DNA of 37,309 nucleotides from an uncultured Gammaproteobacteria bacterium (GCA_964538435.1 CAZIDX010000005.1:35802-73110); one strand, 5' to 3'. Counted from the stretch's first letter, positions 25,954-36,158 are shown. A program made the numbers and translations. The notes: a model not told the origin generated them from the letters alone.

Positions 25954-27010
25954 AAATCGGAGTCATGATAGAGAGTGCGAGCCCTCCAACAAATATTCCT
26001 ATGATGATAAGGAGGATTGGCTCAATAAGATCTGAAAGGTTGTCGGTGATATCTGAGACTTCTTGTTCGTAAAACTCTGCAAGGTACAAAAGCATCTCAT
26101 CGAGTGACCCTGCCTGCTCACCAACGTACACAACATGGGTTGCCATTGGTGGGATAAGGCGTGGGTACTTTTCAAATACGCTTGAGATCTCATTTCCAAG
26201 CGCAACAGCCTGCTCGAGTTCAAGAAAGATCTTTTTATAATGCGCATTGTGCACCACTTTTGCAGTGATTGCGATTGCCTCGTCAATGGTAATCCCGCTC
26301 TCAACCATGGTTCCAAGAGATCGTGTAAATCGAGCAAGGTTGACCTTTTTTGCAATCCCGCCGATTACAGGAATCATGAGAAGCAAGCGGTGAAGCAAGG
26401 GTTTGAAAAAATTGATCTTGCGAATGATCAGAGCCGCAAAAAAAGCTCCGATCATTGAAAAAAGGACGAGCAGACCGTGCTCTGTAACAAATGTTGAGAA
26501 CGCAATGAGGATGCGTGTCGAAAGCGGAAGAGCGAGGTTAAGAGACTCAAACATGCCTAGCACGTTTGGGATTACAAAAATAAACATTCCAATTGCAATT
26601 CCCAGTGCTGCAAGAATAATGATGGCAGGATAAACCATGGCACCACGTACTTTCGAGGTCAGTTGGTATTCCTTTTGCATCTGTTTGACCAGATGATCTA
26701 GGTTTTGCTGCAGCGTTCCAGAAGCCTCACCTGCCGCGACCAGGTTCACAAAAAGTGGCCCGAAAATGTATTCATACTCTTGCAGTCCTGATGAGAGTGT
26801 TTCTCCTCGACTGAGATAATCCGATAAGGTTCCAAGTACTTTTTTCATGGAGCGCTTTGATTGCTCAGCTAAAACATTGACCGCATCATCTATCGCAAGA
26901 CCCGCACCAAGAAGTACGGCAAAATATTTTGCAAACATGAGCTTCTCTTTTCGAGAAATCTGCACACTTGCTTGTTTCCACATTTGTTTTAGACCTTCTC
27001 CTCCTTTCAT
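25931..27010 (-). CDS. pilC: type IV pilus assembly platform protein PilC (GspF family)
   Basis: Two T2SSF repeats. Polytopic membrane protein, 359 aa. Confidence 0.85.
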   Translation of the reverse strand: MKGGEGLKQMWKQASVQISRKEKLMFAKYFAVLLGAGLAIDDAVNVLAEQSKRSMKKVLGTLSDYLSRGETLSSGLQEYEYIFGPLFVNLVAAGEASGTLQQNLDHLVKQMQKEYQLTSKVRGAMVYPAIIILAALGIAIGMFIFVIPNVLGMFESLNLALPLSTRILIAFSTFVTEHGLLVLFSMIGAFFAALIIRKINFFKPLLHRLLLMIPVIGGIAKKVNLARFTRSLGTMVESGITIDEAIAITAKVVHNAHYKKIFLELEQAVALGNEISSVFEKYPRLIPPMATHVVYVGEQAGSLDEMLLYLAEFYEQEVSDITDNLSDLIEPILLIIIGIFVGGLALSIMTPIYEVVGSF

Positions 27011-27013
27011 AGA

Positions 27014-28303
27014 TTATTCATGCATGACTCGAATGAACTCTTCGAGTGTTGTTTCACCGCCAAGAAGTTTTTCTACACCATTTTTCTCAAGTGTTGTCAT
27101 TCCTTCAGCAACAGCAACACGATGAATTTCCTCTGAGTTTGCTCGCTTGACAATGAGTTGCTGAATCGAATCTGTTACCTCAAGCACTTCGTAAATACCA
27201 ATTCTTCCTTTGTAACCTGTGTCGTTGCATGCTGCACACCCTTTTACCTCCACAAGTTTGACGCTTTTCTTTTTTCTAAAAATAAGCTCAAGCAAGCGGT
27301 CCTCAATAGAGCCTTTCATTTTCGTTTTTGTAAACACCTTTGTTTTCTGACATTTCTCACAAGCTCTTCTAAGCAAACGTTGTGAGATGGCAATGTTTAA
27401 TGTTGAAGCAAGCAAGAAAGGCTCAACTCCCATCTCAAGTAAACGTGGGATAGTTGTGGCTGCGTTGTTTGTATGTACTGTTGAGAGAAGTTTGTGCCCC
27501 GTAAGAGCAGCATTTACCGCGATCTTTGCTGTTTCTTCGTCTCTGATCTCTCCCACCATCAGAACATCTGGGTCTTGACGCACAAGCGAACGAAGCCCTG
27601 TAGCAAAAGTAAGCTTTGCTGACTGATCAACTTGGCTCTGATTAACCCCTGGGATATAGAACTCGACAGGATCTTCGATTGTGGATATGTTAACTTCGCG
27701 CTGATTGAGGATCTCAAGAATTGCATAGACTGTTGTCGTCTTTCCAGATCCAGTCGGGCCCGTTGTAAGCATCATTCCCCACGGCTTGTGAATAGCTCGC
27801 TCAACTTTTTCTAGGTCGCCCTTTTCAAACCCAAGCTGCTCGAGTGTGAGATTGTGAGATTCACTTGAGAGCAATCGTAGCACGGCCTTTTCTCCGACGC
27901 TCGTTGGCATTACAGATGCGCGTACATCCACAGTTCCAACAAGAGACTCAAACTGATCACGCCCATCTTGTGGTGCGCGATGCTCGTCTGTGCGCATGCG
28001 TGTCCGAATTTTTAAAAGCGAAATGAGGCGGTTGTGGAGCTGGACTGGAATCTTAAAATAGTCATGAAGAATCCCATCAATTCTGAGTCGGATGACTGCC
28101 TCAACTTTATCTGGCTCAAAATGAATATCAGACGCACGTGCATCTTGAGCAAACACCAAAAGCTCTGTGAACAGGCTTGCTGTGGACTTCCCTACTTTGT
28201 CTGCAACAGCTTTTTTTATATGACCCTCAATGTACTCCCGTGTTTGTGTTTTTATCTTGGTCGTTATCTCTGTTTTTTTGTCTTGTTTTTTCTTTACTGC
28301 CAT
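27014..28303 (-). CDS. pilB: type IV pilus assembly ATPase PilB (GspE family)
   Basis: GPTGSGKTTT Walker A, tetracysteine CEKC...CAAC zinc motif, GYKGRIGIYEVL. Confidence 0.85.
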   Translation of the reverse strand: MAVKKKQDKKTEITTKIKTQTREYIEGHIKKAVADKVGKSTASLFTELLVFAQDARASDIHFEPDKVEAVIRLRIDGILHDYFKIPVQLHNRLISLLKIRTRMRTDEHRAPQDGRDQFESLVGTVDVRASVMPTSVGEKAVLRLLSSESHNLTLEQLGFEKGDLEKVERAIHKPWGMMLTTGPTGSGKTTTVYAILEILNQREVNISTIEDPVEFYIPGVNQSQVDQSAKLTFATGLRSLVRQDPDVLMVGEIRDEETAKIAVNAALTGHKLLSTVHTNNAATTIPRLLEMGVEPFLLASTLNIAISQRLLRRACEKCQKTKVFTKTKMKGSIEDRLLELIFRKKKSVKLVEVKGCAACNDTGYKGRIGIYEVLEVTDSIQQLIVKRANSEEIHRVAVAEGMTTLEKNGVEKLLGGETTLEEFIRVMHE

Positions 28304-28394
28304 ATGTTTTCTGACTCTATCGTACCATATTCAGACACTTTGAGTCAGATGTGTGCAAATACAAAAGCACCGGATGATACCGGTGCTTTTTATG

Positions 28395-28916
28395 TTATCG
28401 AGAAGCTGAAATTGTTCCGTTTCCGTCGTACTCACTTTCACAGGCAGTGACCGTGACGAACCCGTCAGCACTCTTTGTGAGCACGTAACCTGATCCTTCA
28501 TCAGACGCACCTGACCCATCATCCCAGGTTGTTGCTCCAGCTGGGCTAATAGGCATCTCTGCTAGATATCCTTCTGAGATGAGACCTGCGATGTTAACAC
28601 AGTGTGTGTCACCAGTAACAGTAATATCGCAAGTGTTGTCATCACAACCTGACACCATTGTTGCTCCGTTTACCATCATGTAGTTTTCACCATCGGTCAT
28701 TCCCTCGACAGCGGCGAGGTATGATCCACCATTATCTACTTGGTCAAGTTTGACAGCAGAGAGCACTTCTTGAACATCGTTTTGCCTAACAGCGTCACGT
28801 GCTTGCGCAAAACGGGTTGCTGGGTCTAGGGCAACAAAAATGATTGCCACGAGCACTCCGATGATCGCGATTACAACGAGGAGCTCAACCAGCGTAAAAC
28901 CTTTTTGGTTATTCAT
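28395..28916 (-). CDS. pilA: type IV major pilin
   Basis: MNNQKGFTLVELLVVIAIIGVLVAII: canonical G/FTLVE N-terminal helix. Confidence 0.85.
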   Translation of the reverse strand: MNNQKGFTLVELLVVIAIIGVLVAIIFVALDPATRFAQARDAVRQNDVQEVLSAVKLDQVDNGGSYLAAVEGMTDGENYMMVNGATMVSGCDDNTCDITVTGDTHCVNIAGLISEGYLAEMPISPAGATTWDDGSGASDEGSGYVLTKSADGFVTVTACESEYDGNGTISASR

Positions 28917-28957
28917 ACGTATGAGTTAATGAATTCATTTATTAGATTATAACACGA

Positions 28958-29947
28958 CTAGATAATTCCAGCCTTTTCCATCTCTTTTATCGATCGGTCC
29001 ATGCTGATCATGCCGTGCTTTTTCCCCATTTGAATTGAGGACTGGATAACAGACAGATTGTTTGCTTGGATTGCGCTTCGCACAGCCGTAGACGACGTTA
29101 GGATTTCTCGCGCGGCAACAAGCCCACCTTCAGCGGCCGGCAGCAGCTTTTGTGCGACTACCATTTCAAGTGTTGCAGAGAGCTGAACAAGAACCTGGCG
29201 TTGCTCAGGCCCATCAAAGACGTTCACGATTCGCTCTACAACTTCTGCTGCGTTTGGTGCATGTAGTGTTGAAAGGACAAGGTGACCTGTTTCTGCAGCT
29301 GTGAGTGCAAGCGAGATTGTTTCTGGGTCACGCATCTCTCCGACCACAATCACATCTGGGTCCTGGCGCAAAACATGACGGAGCCCCTTTGAAAATGAAG
29401 GGAAATCAATGCCTAGCTGACGCTGCTCAATAAGACAATATCCTTTTGGAAAACGGTACTCGATTGGATCTTCAAGTGTAATGATATGACGCTTTGAGGT
29501 CTGGTTCATCTGCTCAACCAGCGCAGCTAGTGTGGTTGATTTTCCAGACCCTGTTGGACCACTAACGATCACAAACCCATCTTCAAGTTCTGGAATTTTC
29601 ATCATGGTTTCATGAAACCCAAGCTCTTCTGGTGAGGGAATGGTTGGTGAAATGAGACGAATCGCAAGCGCTAAGCCATTGCTCTGCCTGTGAATATTAA
29701 TACGCAACCCAACCCCTGAAACAACAGCTCCAATATCAACATCTCCATTTTCGTGCAGTTCTTTTAGCTGTGTTTGATGAAGAAGTGCATTTGCAAGCTT
29801 TTTCACCGCAGCTTTGGTGAGTGGCTGTTTTTTAACCGCAATAAGTTCGCGGTGCACGCGAATCATTGGCAAAGCACCGGCAACGAGATGGATATCCGAT
29901 GCCTTATTTTTTTGTGCGTATGCAACGTAGTGTTTTAACTCCTCCAT
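28958..29947 (-). CDS. pilT: twitching-motility retraction ATPase PilT
   Basis: ASDIHL, SGPTGSGKSTTLAA, GEMRD, TGHLVLSTLH motifs. Start placed at MEELKHY by homology; the ORF track extends to 30001. Confidence 0.8.
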   Translation of the reverse strand: MEELKHYVAYAQKNKASDIHLVAGALPMIRVHRELIAVKKQPLTKAAVKKLANALLHQTQLKELHENGDVDIGAVVSGVGLRINIHRQSNGLALAIRLISPTIPSPEELGFHETMMKIPELEDGFVIVSGPTGSGKSTTLAALVEQMNQTSKRHIITLEDPIEYRFPKGYCLIEQRQLGIDFPSFSKGLRHVLRQDPDVIVVGEMRDPETISLALTAAETGHLVLSTLHAPNAAEVVERIVNVFDGPEQRQVLVQLSATLEMVVAQKLLPAAEGGLVAAREILTSSTAVRSAIQANNLSVIQSSIQMGKKHGMISMDRSIKEMEKAGII

Positions 29948-30052
29948 AAACGAAATGAAAAAGCGTGATTTCGGTCTTCCCTTGCCTAATCTATACATCA
30001 AAACCGAGACTCACGCCCTTGTCTTCAAAATCAACCCCCTCTGATTGAGAGC

Positions 30053-30430
30053 TTATGCTTGTGTGTGCTCCTTTACCTTTGCAAGAACATCTTCAATACC
30101 ACTGTCAGATTTGACAATGTAGTCGTCTGCACCCAGTGCAAGACCTTGCTCAATATCGCTCTCCTGACCCAGGTTTGACATGATTACCACCTTGATTGCT
30201 TTGAGCTTTTCATCCTTTTGTCTTTCTCCAAGGAATCCAAACCCATCCATCTTTGGCATGATGATGTCTAGAAGAATGATGTTTGGTGTTTCGCTTTTGA
30301 GCACCTCAAGCGCCTCAAGACCATTACCAGCTGTCACAACACTGTATCCTTCTGCAGTGAGTTTAGTTTGGTAGATGTTTGAAAGGAATTTGTCGTCTTC
30401 AACGACGAGCACCTTGATTAGATCGGCCAT
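30053..30430 (-). CDS. single-domain response regulator (CheY-like receiver)
   Basis: VLVVEDD...LLDIIMPKMDGF...K receiver signature. 125 aa. Confidence 0.8.
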   Translation of the reverse strand: MADLIKVLVVEDDKFLSNIYQTKLTAEGYSVVTAGNGLEALEVLKSETPNIILLDIIMPKMDGFGFLGERQKDEKLKAIKVVIMSNLGQESDIEQGLALGADDYIVKSDSGIEDVLAKVKEHTQA

Positions 30431-30448
30431 ATGCCGGTGATTAGGAAA

Positions 30449-30838
30449 TTATTCTTGATTGATTGTTTTTAGTGCGATCTCTTTTAGATCATCCAGTGTC
30501 TGCTCAGCCTTTGTGAAAAAACGCGTGTTTGGATCATCCATGAGCTCACCATATTGTTTTTTGAACGGGCCGTTTGTCACAACCATCACAGGAACATTTG
30601 ACCATTTTTCATTTGTTCGCAGCTGCTCGAGCACGTCTTTTCCATCCATCTCTGGTAAGTAGTGGTCAAGCCAGATGAAATCTGGGGTTTCCTTCATGGT
30701 TTTGAGGGCCTCCATAACCTCAGTGCCTGTTGCATATGTCTTCACTTCCAGACCAGAGTCTTCAAGCTTGCGTTGAATGAGCGCTTGAAGAGGTTCTTCA
30801 TCTTCTACAAGAAGAACGGTCTTTTTCACTTCGTCCAT
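30449..30838 (-). CDS. single-domain response regulator (receiver)
   Basis: VLLVEDEE...WLDHYLPEMDG. 129 aa. Confidence 0.75.
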   Translation of the reverse strand: MDEVKKTVLLVEDEEPLQALIQRKLEDSGLEVKTYATGTEVMEALKTMKETPDFIWLDHYLPEMDGKDVLEQLRTNEKWSNVPVMVVTNGPFKKQYGELMDDPNTRFFTKAEQTLDDLKEIALKTINQE

Positions 30839-30846
30839 AGTTGTAT

Positions 30847-32697
30847 CTATTTTTTGGTTTTCTTTGTTGATTTAACTGCCCTCTTTTTTGAATCTCTTGG
30901 TTTTTCCGTCTTTTTTACTGTTGTTTTTGCAGCAGCGCGCTTTACCTGGGTCTGAATTTTTTTCTCTTGAATGATCTGTTTTGCGTGCTTTGCGCCAGCT
31001 AATTTACGGTCTCCCTTGTGTTCTATCATACCAGTTTTCGGAATCGTGAACCAGAAACTAGTACCTTTTCCTTCTTCTGATGAAAACCAAATCTTTCCTC
31101 CTGAGGATTCGACAATAGCCTTTGTAATGTAGAGCCCTAGACCTGTTCCGTCTGTGTCTTTTGAAATGATGTTTTCTGCTCTAAAGAATTTTTTGAAAAT
31201 CTTTGCTTGTTGGTGTGCTGGGATTCCATATCCGGTATCTGTAACCTGGGAAACTACCATATCCTCCTTCATACTCACAAACACGGTTACGTCCCCGCCT
31301 TCTGGTGTGTACTTAATCGCGTTTGTGATTAAGTTGGCATAAACCTCCCCCACCAATGAAGGGTCGATGTTGATTTCCTCCATGTTGGATGCAACCGAAA
31401 CTGTGAGGGTTATGTCTTTTTCTTCGATGCGCTGATTGTATTCCTGCACGATCGTCTTGATAAGCTCGCGTAGGTCTGTTGGTTCAGGATTCACCTGGAT
31501 GCGGCCAGATTCGATGCGCGCAACGTTGAGAAGGGCATTTACAAGATCGATCATTCGAATGACTGATTCGTGCATCATTGAAAGTGACTCTTTTTGATTA
31601 TCTTGAATAGCCCCTAGGTCGCCATCGAGAAGCATCTCATTGTACCAACGAATAGCGGTGAGCGGCGTTCGGAGCTGGTGAGACGCCACAGACACAAACT
31701 CACTCTTCATGCGATCAACCTCACGCGCCTTTGTTACGTCACGGAATACCGCGATGGCGCCCTCAACAATGCCATCTGTAACAAGTGGAGATGCCACAAG
31801 CTCTGCCTCAATAAAGTGGCCTTGCTCGTGCTTTACACGGAAATTTGGACCTGAGCGCACGGTGCGCTTGTGGTGCATGGATGAAAAGATTGGAAGCTGT
31901 TCTTTATCAACAACGGCCTCATCTTTATTGTGAGGATCAAGCACGTCGATAATACGAAGTCCAACTAGCACATCATGCTCTTTTCCTAAAATCTTCTTTC
32001 CAGCATCGTTGATAAACACAATCAAACCAGCAGAGTCAACCACACATACACCATCTTCCATTGAACGAAGAATGAGATCATTCTTTTGAGCATGGCGAAC
32101 AGCAACGCGTTTTTCCTCATCAACATCCTCGAGCACGTTCAACATAGCTTTTCGCACATCACCAAGCTTGTCGTTTTGACTTCGGATGCTCACCATCACC
32201 TTGGCAAGCTCATCCCCCTTAGAAGCCACCTCTTTTCTACTATGTGCGATTGTTGCGGTCATCTGACGAAGAGCATCGGCAAGCACGCCAAGCTCATCAT
32301 CGCTTTCTTCTTTTATTTGATAACCCCAGTCTCCTGCGGCAATCTTTCTTGCACCTTCTGTGATGCGACGTATTGGGAAAATGACAGATTTCAACGTGAG
32401 GTATTCAGCCAAAATAATAAGTAGCAAAATAAAGACAACCCAATAGATCGTGTAGTAGGTTGTTTGTTTGATTTCTTTGTTGACCCTGTTGCTCAGGTCA
32501 ATGAACTCTGAGAGGTTTGCACCTGTTTCTAGCTCAATTGCAGCAATGCGATCAGGCACTTCTTCTTTCAAGTGATGAGAGTAGCTTCCTAGTTGGAAAA
32601 TCCAAAAGACTCCAAACGCAACAATGACGAAGGAGATTAATACAAACGCCCCGAGCAATCTGACTTCAATTTTCTTTGTGCAACAAAGCATGGGCAA
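30847..32697 (-). CDS. sensor histidine kinase (TM, HAMP, PAS, HisKA, HATPase_c) with Lys-rich C-terminal tail
   Basis: H-box VASHQLRTPLTAI, N/G boxes (NLITNAIKYT, DTGYGIP, GTGLGL). Tail KRAAAKTTVKKTEKPRDSKKRAVKSTKKTKK. Confidence 0.85.
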   Translation of the reverse strand: MPMLCCTKKIEVRLLGAFVLISFVIVAFGVFWIFQLGSYSHHLKEEVPDRIAAIELETGANLSEFIDLSNRVNKEIKQTTYYTIYWVVFILLLIILAEYLTLKSVIFPIRRITEGARKIAAGDWGYQIKEESDDELGVLADALRQMTATIAHSRKEVASKGDELAKVMVSIRSQNDKLGDVRKAMLNVLEDVDEEKRVAVRHAQKNDLILRSMEDGVCVVDSAGLIVFINDAGKKILGKEHDVLVGLRIIDVLDPHNKDEAVVDKEQLPIFSSMHHKRTVRSGPNFRVKHEQGHFIEAELVASPLVTDGIVEGAIAVFRDVTKAREVDRMKSEFVSVASHQLRTPLTAIRWYNEMLLDGDLGAIQDNQKESLSMMHESVIRMIDLVNALLNVARIESGRIQVNPEPTDLRELIKTIVQEYNQRIEEKDITLTVSVASNMEEINIDPSLVGEVYANLITNAIKYTPEGGDVTVFVSMKEDMVVSQVTDTGYGIPAHQQAKIFKKFFRAENIISKDTDGTGLGLYITKAIVESSGGKIWFSSEEGKGTSFWFTIPKTGMIEHKGDRKLAGAKHAKQIIQEKKIQTQVKRAAAKTTVKKTEKPRDSKKRAVKSTKKTKK

Positions 32698-32751
32698 TAA
32701 GCTTGCTTCTATTATAGCAATTTGAAGCGATGATTTGAATTCACAGGTAAT

Positions 32752-32785
32752 AGAAAAGGGGTGATCCGAAGATCACCCCTTGTTT
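32752..32785 (-). terminator. intrinsic terminator for the block-4 gene
   Basis: AGGGGTGATC-CGAA-GATCACCCCT with a T-run on the minus strand. Confidence 0.55.
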
Positions 32786-32802
32786 GCAGACTGCGTTCTT
32801 GT

Positions 32803-33447
32803 CTACATCCCCCTTTCGAACACGTTGACGACGTCGCCCCAACCCTTGTCAGGGCCGAGCCAGGGAACCATGATCGCGTACACGGTCGTGGAACCAGAGT
32901 TGGGAACGAACAGAGCCGTGGACTTCTTGACCACAACCCCTGCACCACAGCGATGCTTGCCGTCCTCCTCCTCAACGTCGATGAACCTGAACTCGAACTG
33001 CTCCTCGGGATGCAGCGCCTGGTGATCGGTCAGCCAGGCGTCGTAGAGCTCGACAGCCTTGTCCACAGGCTCGCGACCCACGGTCCAGGAGAACTGAGTG
33101 CCGTCGAGACGGTAGCTCTCCATGCGAGTCATGAAACCAGAGCCGTAGATGGCCTGCACACGCTCGTTGAGCAGGCGCGGACCGAACACGAGGCCGTGAC
33201 GGTACGCACGCTTGAGCTCGGGGCTGGCACATGTCTCCATGAACTGTCGATTGCTCATGAGGCGCAGGCGCCACTCGAGCTTGAGTCGAGCCTTCTGCGA
33301 ATCGTCACCCTTGAGCCTGGCGAGTGTCTGTGCAGACATCTTTGCATACGTGGTACCCCCGTTGGGGCGCCGAAGCGGCTTGCCGGGATCGGAGGTGAGA
33401 CCCAGCAGGTCCCAGACCTCCCCGGTCACATCCTTCCGATTTGCCAT
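32803..33447 (-). CDS. hypothetical protein (about 62% GC single-gene block)
   Basis: AGGAGA RBS. Own promoter (TTGACT, 17 nt, TAGACT on the minus strand, 33490-33520) and own terminator. Confidence 0.55.
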   Translation of the reverse strand: MANRKDVTGEVWDLLGLTSDPGKPLRRPNGGTTYAKMSAQTLARLKGDDSQKARLKLEWRLRLMSNRQFMETCASPELKRAYRHGLVFGPRLLNERVQAIYGSGFMTRMESYRLDGTQFSWTVGREPVDKAVELYDAWLTDHQALHPEEQFEFRFIDVEEEDGKHRCGAGVVVKKSTALFVPNSGSTTVYAIMVPWLGPDKGWGDVVNVFERGM

Positions 33448-33532
33448 CGTAAGTCTCCTACTTGTAGTTCGGATGGTTCGACAGTAGTCTACGCTTTATT
33501 GACATATGAGTCAAACATTTGTGCACAATCAA

Positions 33533-33562
33533 AAAACCCGCTTTTTGCGGGTTTTTCTTGCT
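33533..33562. terminator. bidirectional terminator
   Basis: AAAAACCCGC-TTTT-TGCGGGTTTTT. Confidence 0.65.
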
Positions 33563-33575
33563 TTTTTCGCTAAGT

Positions 33576-34712
33576 TTAGTCCTCTCGCATGGTTGTAATC
33601 GTCATGGTCTGGTTGTGGAGTCGGCACTGTTTTTCTGTTGGTGTGATTGGACAAATCTCACCATAGGAGTAAAAACCTGTCATTGCTGCCTGCTCACCCA
33701 AAACCTCTTGCACTGCGTCGAGCTCTTCTTCTACACGCTCACCAAGAACAAGCTTCCGCCCGATGCAGCTGACAAGAATTGCGAGCTCAGCCTTTCCTTT
33801 TTCGATCACTTCAACTGTTAGTCCTGCAGCATCCCCAGCACCATCAATAAGACGATCAAAGTTTGCTTTCATGAGTCGAGCTTTTGAACCTTCTGGCATG
33901 TTTCCGGCAAAGGTCATAGACTGTGCTTCCTCATCAACAGCAAGCAGGGTTCGCACAACCTCTTTTTCACCTTCAACCTCTAGGTTGATTGGGAAGAGAA
34001 GCCCTGATCCTGGAAGCTCGTCCGCCTTGTCACCCAGGTACTCCTTGTAGAGCTTGAGTGCTGGCTCTCCATCGAGCTCAAAGAGGACATTGTCAGTAGA
34101 TTTTGTAACGGTTCGTGCTGGCCCGAAGTCATCCCATCCACCCAAAGATCCGTATGACACCTTAAAGTTATCGCCGTAGAAACCGATCACCACAACGTTT
34201 CCTGTTGCAGCTGGACCATTGAGACCAACGGCTGTTTGCTTGAAGTCTGCTCCGTCTCCAACAAGTCCACCTGTTACCGAGACGTTCTCTGGTGAATTAT
34301 CTGAAAGAGCAGAAGCAAGATATGTTCCATTTACACCCAATCCTTCTGAGAAAACCATGATGTGCTTTAGCCCGTCGTTTGGAAGCTTTTCAGCAAGTTC
34401 TTTTCCTGCTTTTGCGCTGTCTCCTGCATCTGCCACGCTGGCGGATGCAACTTCGATTGTTGTTTTTTCAAAGTAAATAGCCGTGAGTGCAATCTCTCCA
34501 TCAGTCACACTTGTTCCCATGATCTCACCAGCACTTGATCCAAGCACGATATGCGAGTCAGGATACATGCCGTTTACCTCTTTGTAGACATCTTCTTTCT
34601 CGAGCGTTTCTCTGTCTCCAAAGACAAGCACGAGTTGTGGAGCCTCTTCAAGAACTCCTTCTGAAACAGCTGACCAGGCGCCAGCTGCCCATTTTTTTTG
34701 TTCGATCTTCAT
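33576..34712 (-). CDS. FIST-domain (FIST_N/FIST_C) sensory protein
   Basis: GFYSYGEI FIST_C signature, about 378 aa. Confidence 0.7.
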   Translation of the reverse strand: MKIEQKKWAAGAWSAVSEGVLEEAPQLVLVFGDRETLEKEDVYKEVNGMYPDSHIVLGSSAGEIMGTSVTDGEIALTAIYFEKTTIEVASASVADAGDSAKAGKELAEKLPNDGLKHIMVFSEGLGVNGTYLASALSDNSPENVSVTGGLVGDGADFKQTAVGLNGPAATGNVVVIGFYGDNFKVSYGSLGGWDDFGPARTVTKSTDNVLFELDGEPALKLYKEYLGDKADELPGSGLLFPINLEVEGEKEVVRTLLAVDEEAQSMTFAGNMPEGSKARLMKANFDRLIDGAGDAAGLTVEVIEKGKAELAILVSCIGRKLVLGERVEEELDAVQEVLGEQAAMTGFYSYGEICPITPTEKQCRLHNQTMTITTMRED

Positions 34713-34715
34713 AGA

Positions 34716-35087
34716 TTAAATCGATTCCTTTGCAGGTTCTTTAGATTTTGTTAATTCCTCCTCGAGTTCTTTAATGTGTTTTTTAAGTGAGATCATCTTG
34801 AGCTCACGACCAACCATAAGATCATTGAGACGCTGCAACTCATCAGTTTGTTCTTTTACCTGCTTGATCTCCTGTGAAAGCTGGTCATTTTTACGATTTA
34901 GCTCCTCAGAAGAAAGATCAAGGGACCGCTCAATCAGCTCGCGGTCTTCGTCGGCATGCTTGTAGGAATCACTTACAGATTTTAGAAAACGCTGACAGTG
35001 CTCTGAGGTAAAATCAACACCTTTCAGGTATTTTTTTACCTGACGTTGCAACATTTTGTGAAATTGTGAGAGTTCTTCTTTTGTCAT
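34716..35087 (-). CDS. coiled-coil protein, hypothetical
   Basis: 123 aa, heptad-rich. Stop 3 nt from the FIST start, so co-transcribed. Confidence 0.5.
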   Translation of the reverse strand: MTKEELSQFHKMLQRQVKKYLKGVDFTSEHCQRFLKSVSDSYKHADEDRELIERSLDLSSEELNRKNDQLSQEIKQVKEQTDELQRLNDLMVGRELKMISLKKHIKELEEELTKSKEPAKESI

Positions 35088-35183
35088 GTGTATCTATCTT
35101 AACAAATTTTGCCCTGTGCTTCTACAAGAAGTCATTCACAGCCCAGCATGAGAAAACACCCATTGACTCTGGGTGTTTTCGCC

Positions 35184-36125
35184 TTATGAATCTGATACTG
35201 CATTGAGCGTAATAGTCCCTGAGCATGTTCCTGAAACATCTATGCTTGGCATGAGCAGATCCCAATGAATTTCTCCGGATGGATCCACCTCTGTCACTGT
35301 CTTGTACCCAATGGACAAATCGATATTTGCTGGAGTTGCTGAGAGTGAATTGGCCCCAGCTCCTCCATACCCGTCATCATTTAGAACATCCCACTCGATA
35401 TTTGCAACTGGAATTTCACCAATCCCACTACATGTCATGTTCGTTCCAGAGGCCTCAACATCTGACTGAGCGTTCCCGCCTTGATAGACGGTCATGAGCT
35501 GACTTTCCAGAGCTGTTGTCGATGCTCCCATTTCTAATGTTCCCCAGGCAACCCCTTCAGGAAACGTTAGTGCCAGCGTGGTTCCGATATCAATCGTATC
35601 TGTTTTATTGCCGGTATCTGACTGTGCATCTGTTACCACAATCTTTGCGTTCCAGTTGTTTCCGTTTTCATACCCCCCAAGAACCGTGCCGTTTGCCCAA
35701 TACTGAATCATTTTCATGCAATCGAATTCTTTTTGGTTTGGGTTTGTTGCGTTTCGTTTGCTGCAACCAGACACCTTATAACAGTTTGTTGGGTGTTCTG
35801 AACACTGATCAGACTCAGCACCGTCAGAATAGAAGGCTAGATCAATTGAAGTAATGTCGTCTTGACCGTCTAAATCTTCGACGATTCCAGAAACATGAAG
35901 CTCTGTGGTTGTTCCAGCATTTAACGTAATCTCACCATCACTTTCATTGGATGTCATTCTATAGCCTCCAGAACCTGTGTTTATATACGTAGAAACAACC
36001 GTTGGGGCATTGTTTGGAGGTGGAGGATCCTCTGCATGAATACTTAACGCGAATACAAGTCCTGTGGCAATAAGTGCGCACGCAAAGATAAGTGAGAACC
36101 TCCTGTGTTCTTGATGGGTTTTCAT
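35184..36125 (-). CDS. secreted Thr/Gly/Asp-rich protein, paralog 1
   Basis: Signal/anchor. Shares blocks with 36159..37169 (YxNTG.G.YR.ST.E.DG.ITL.AG..TE.H.SG, NC.[KR]VS.CS, SG.C.GT.TL.AV). Confidence 0.6.
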   Translation of the reverse strand: MKTHQEHRRFSLIFACALIATGLVFALSIHAEDPPPPNNAPTVVSTYINTGSGGYRMTSNESDGEITLNAGTTTELHVSGIVEDLDGQDDITSIDLAFYSDGAESDQCSEHPTNCYKVSGCSKRNATNPNQKEFDCMKMIQYWANGTVLGGYENGNNWNAKIVVTDAQSDTGNKTDTIDIGTTLALTFPEGVAWGTLEMGASTTALESQLMTVYQGGNAQSDVEASGTNMTCSGIGEIPVANIEWDVLNDDGYGGAGANSLSATPANIDLSIGYKTVTEVDPSGEIHWDLLMPSIDVSGTCSGTITLNAVSDS

Positions 36126-36158
36126 AGAATCAGGGCGTGTTAATCAATTCCTCCTGGG

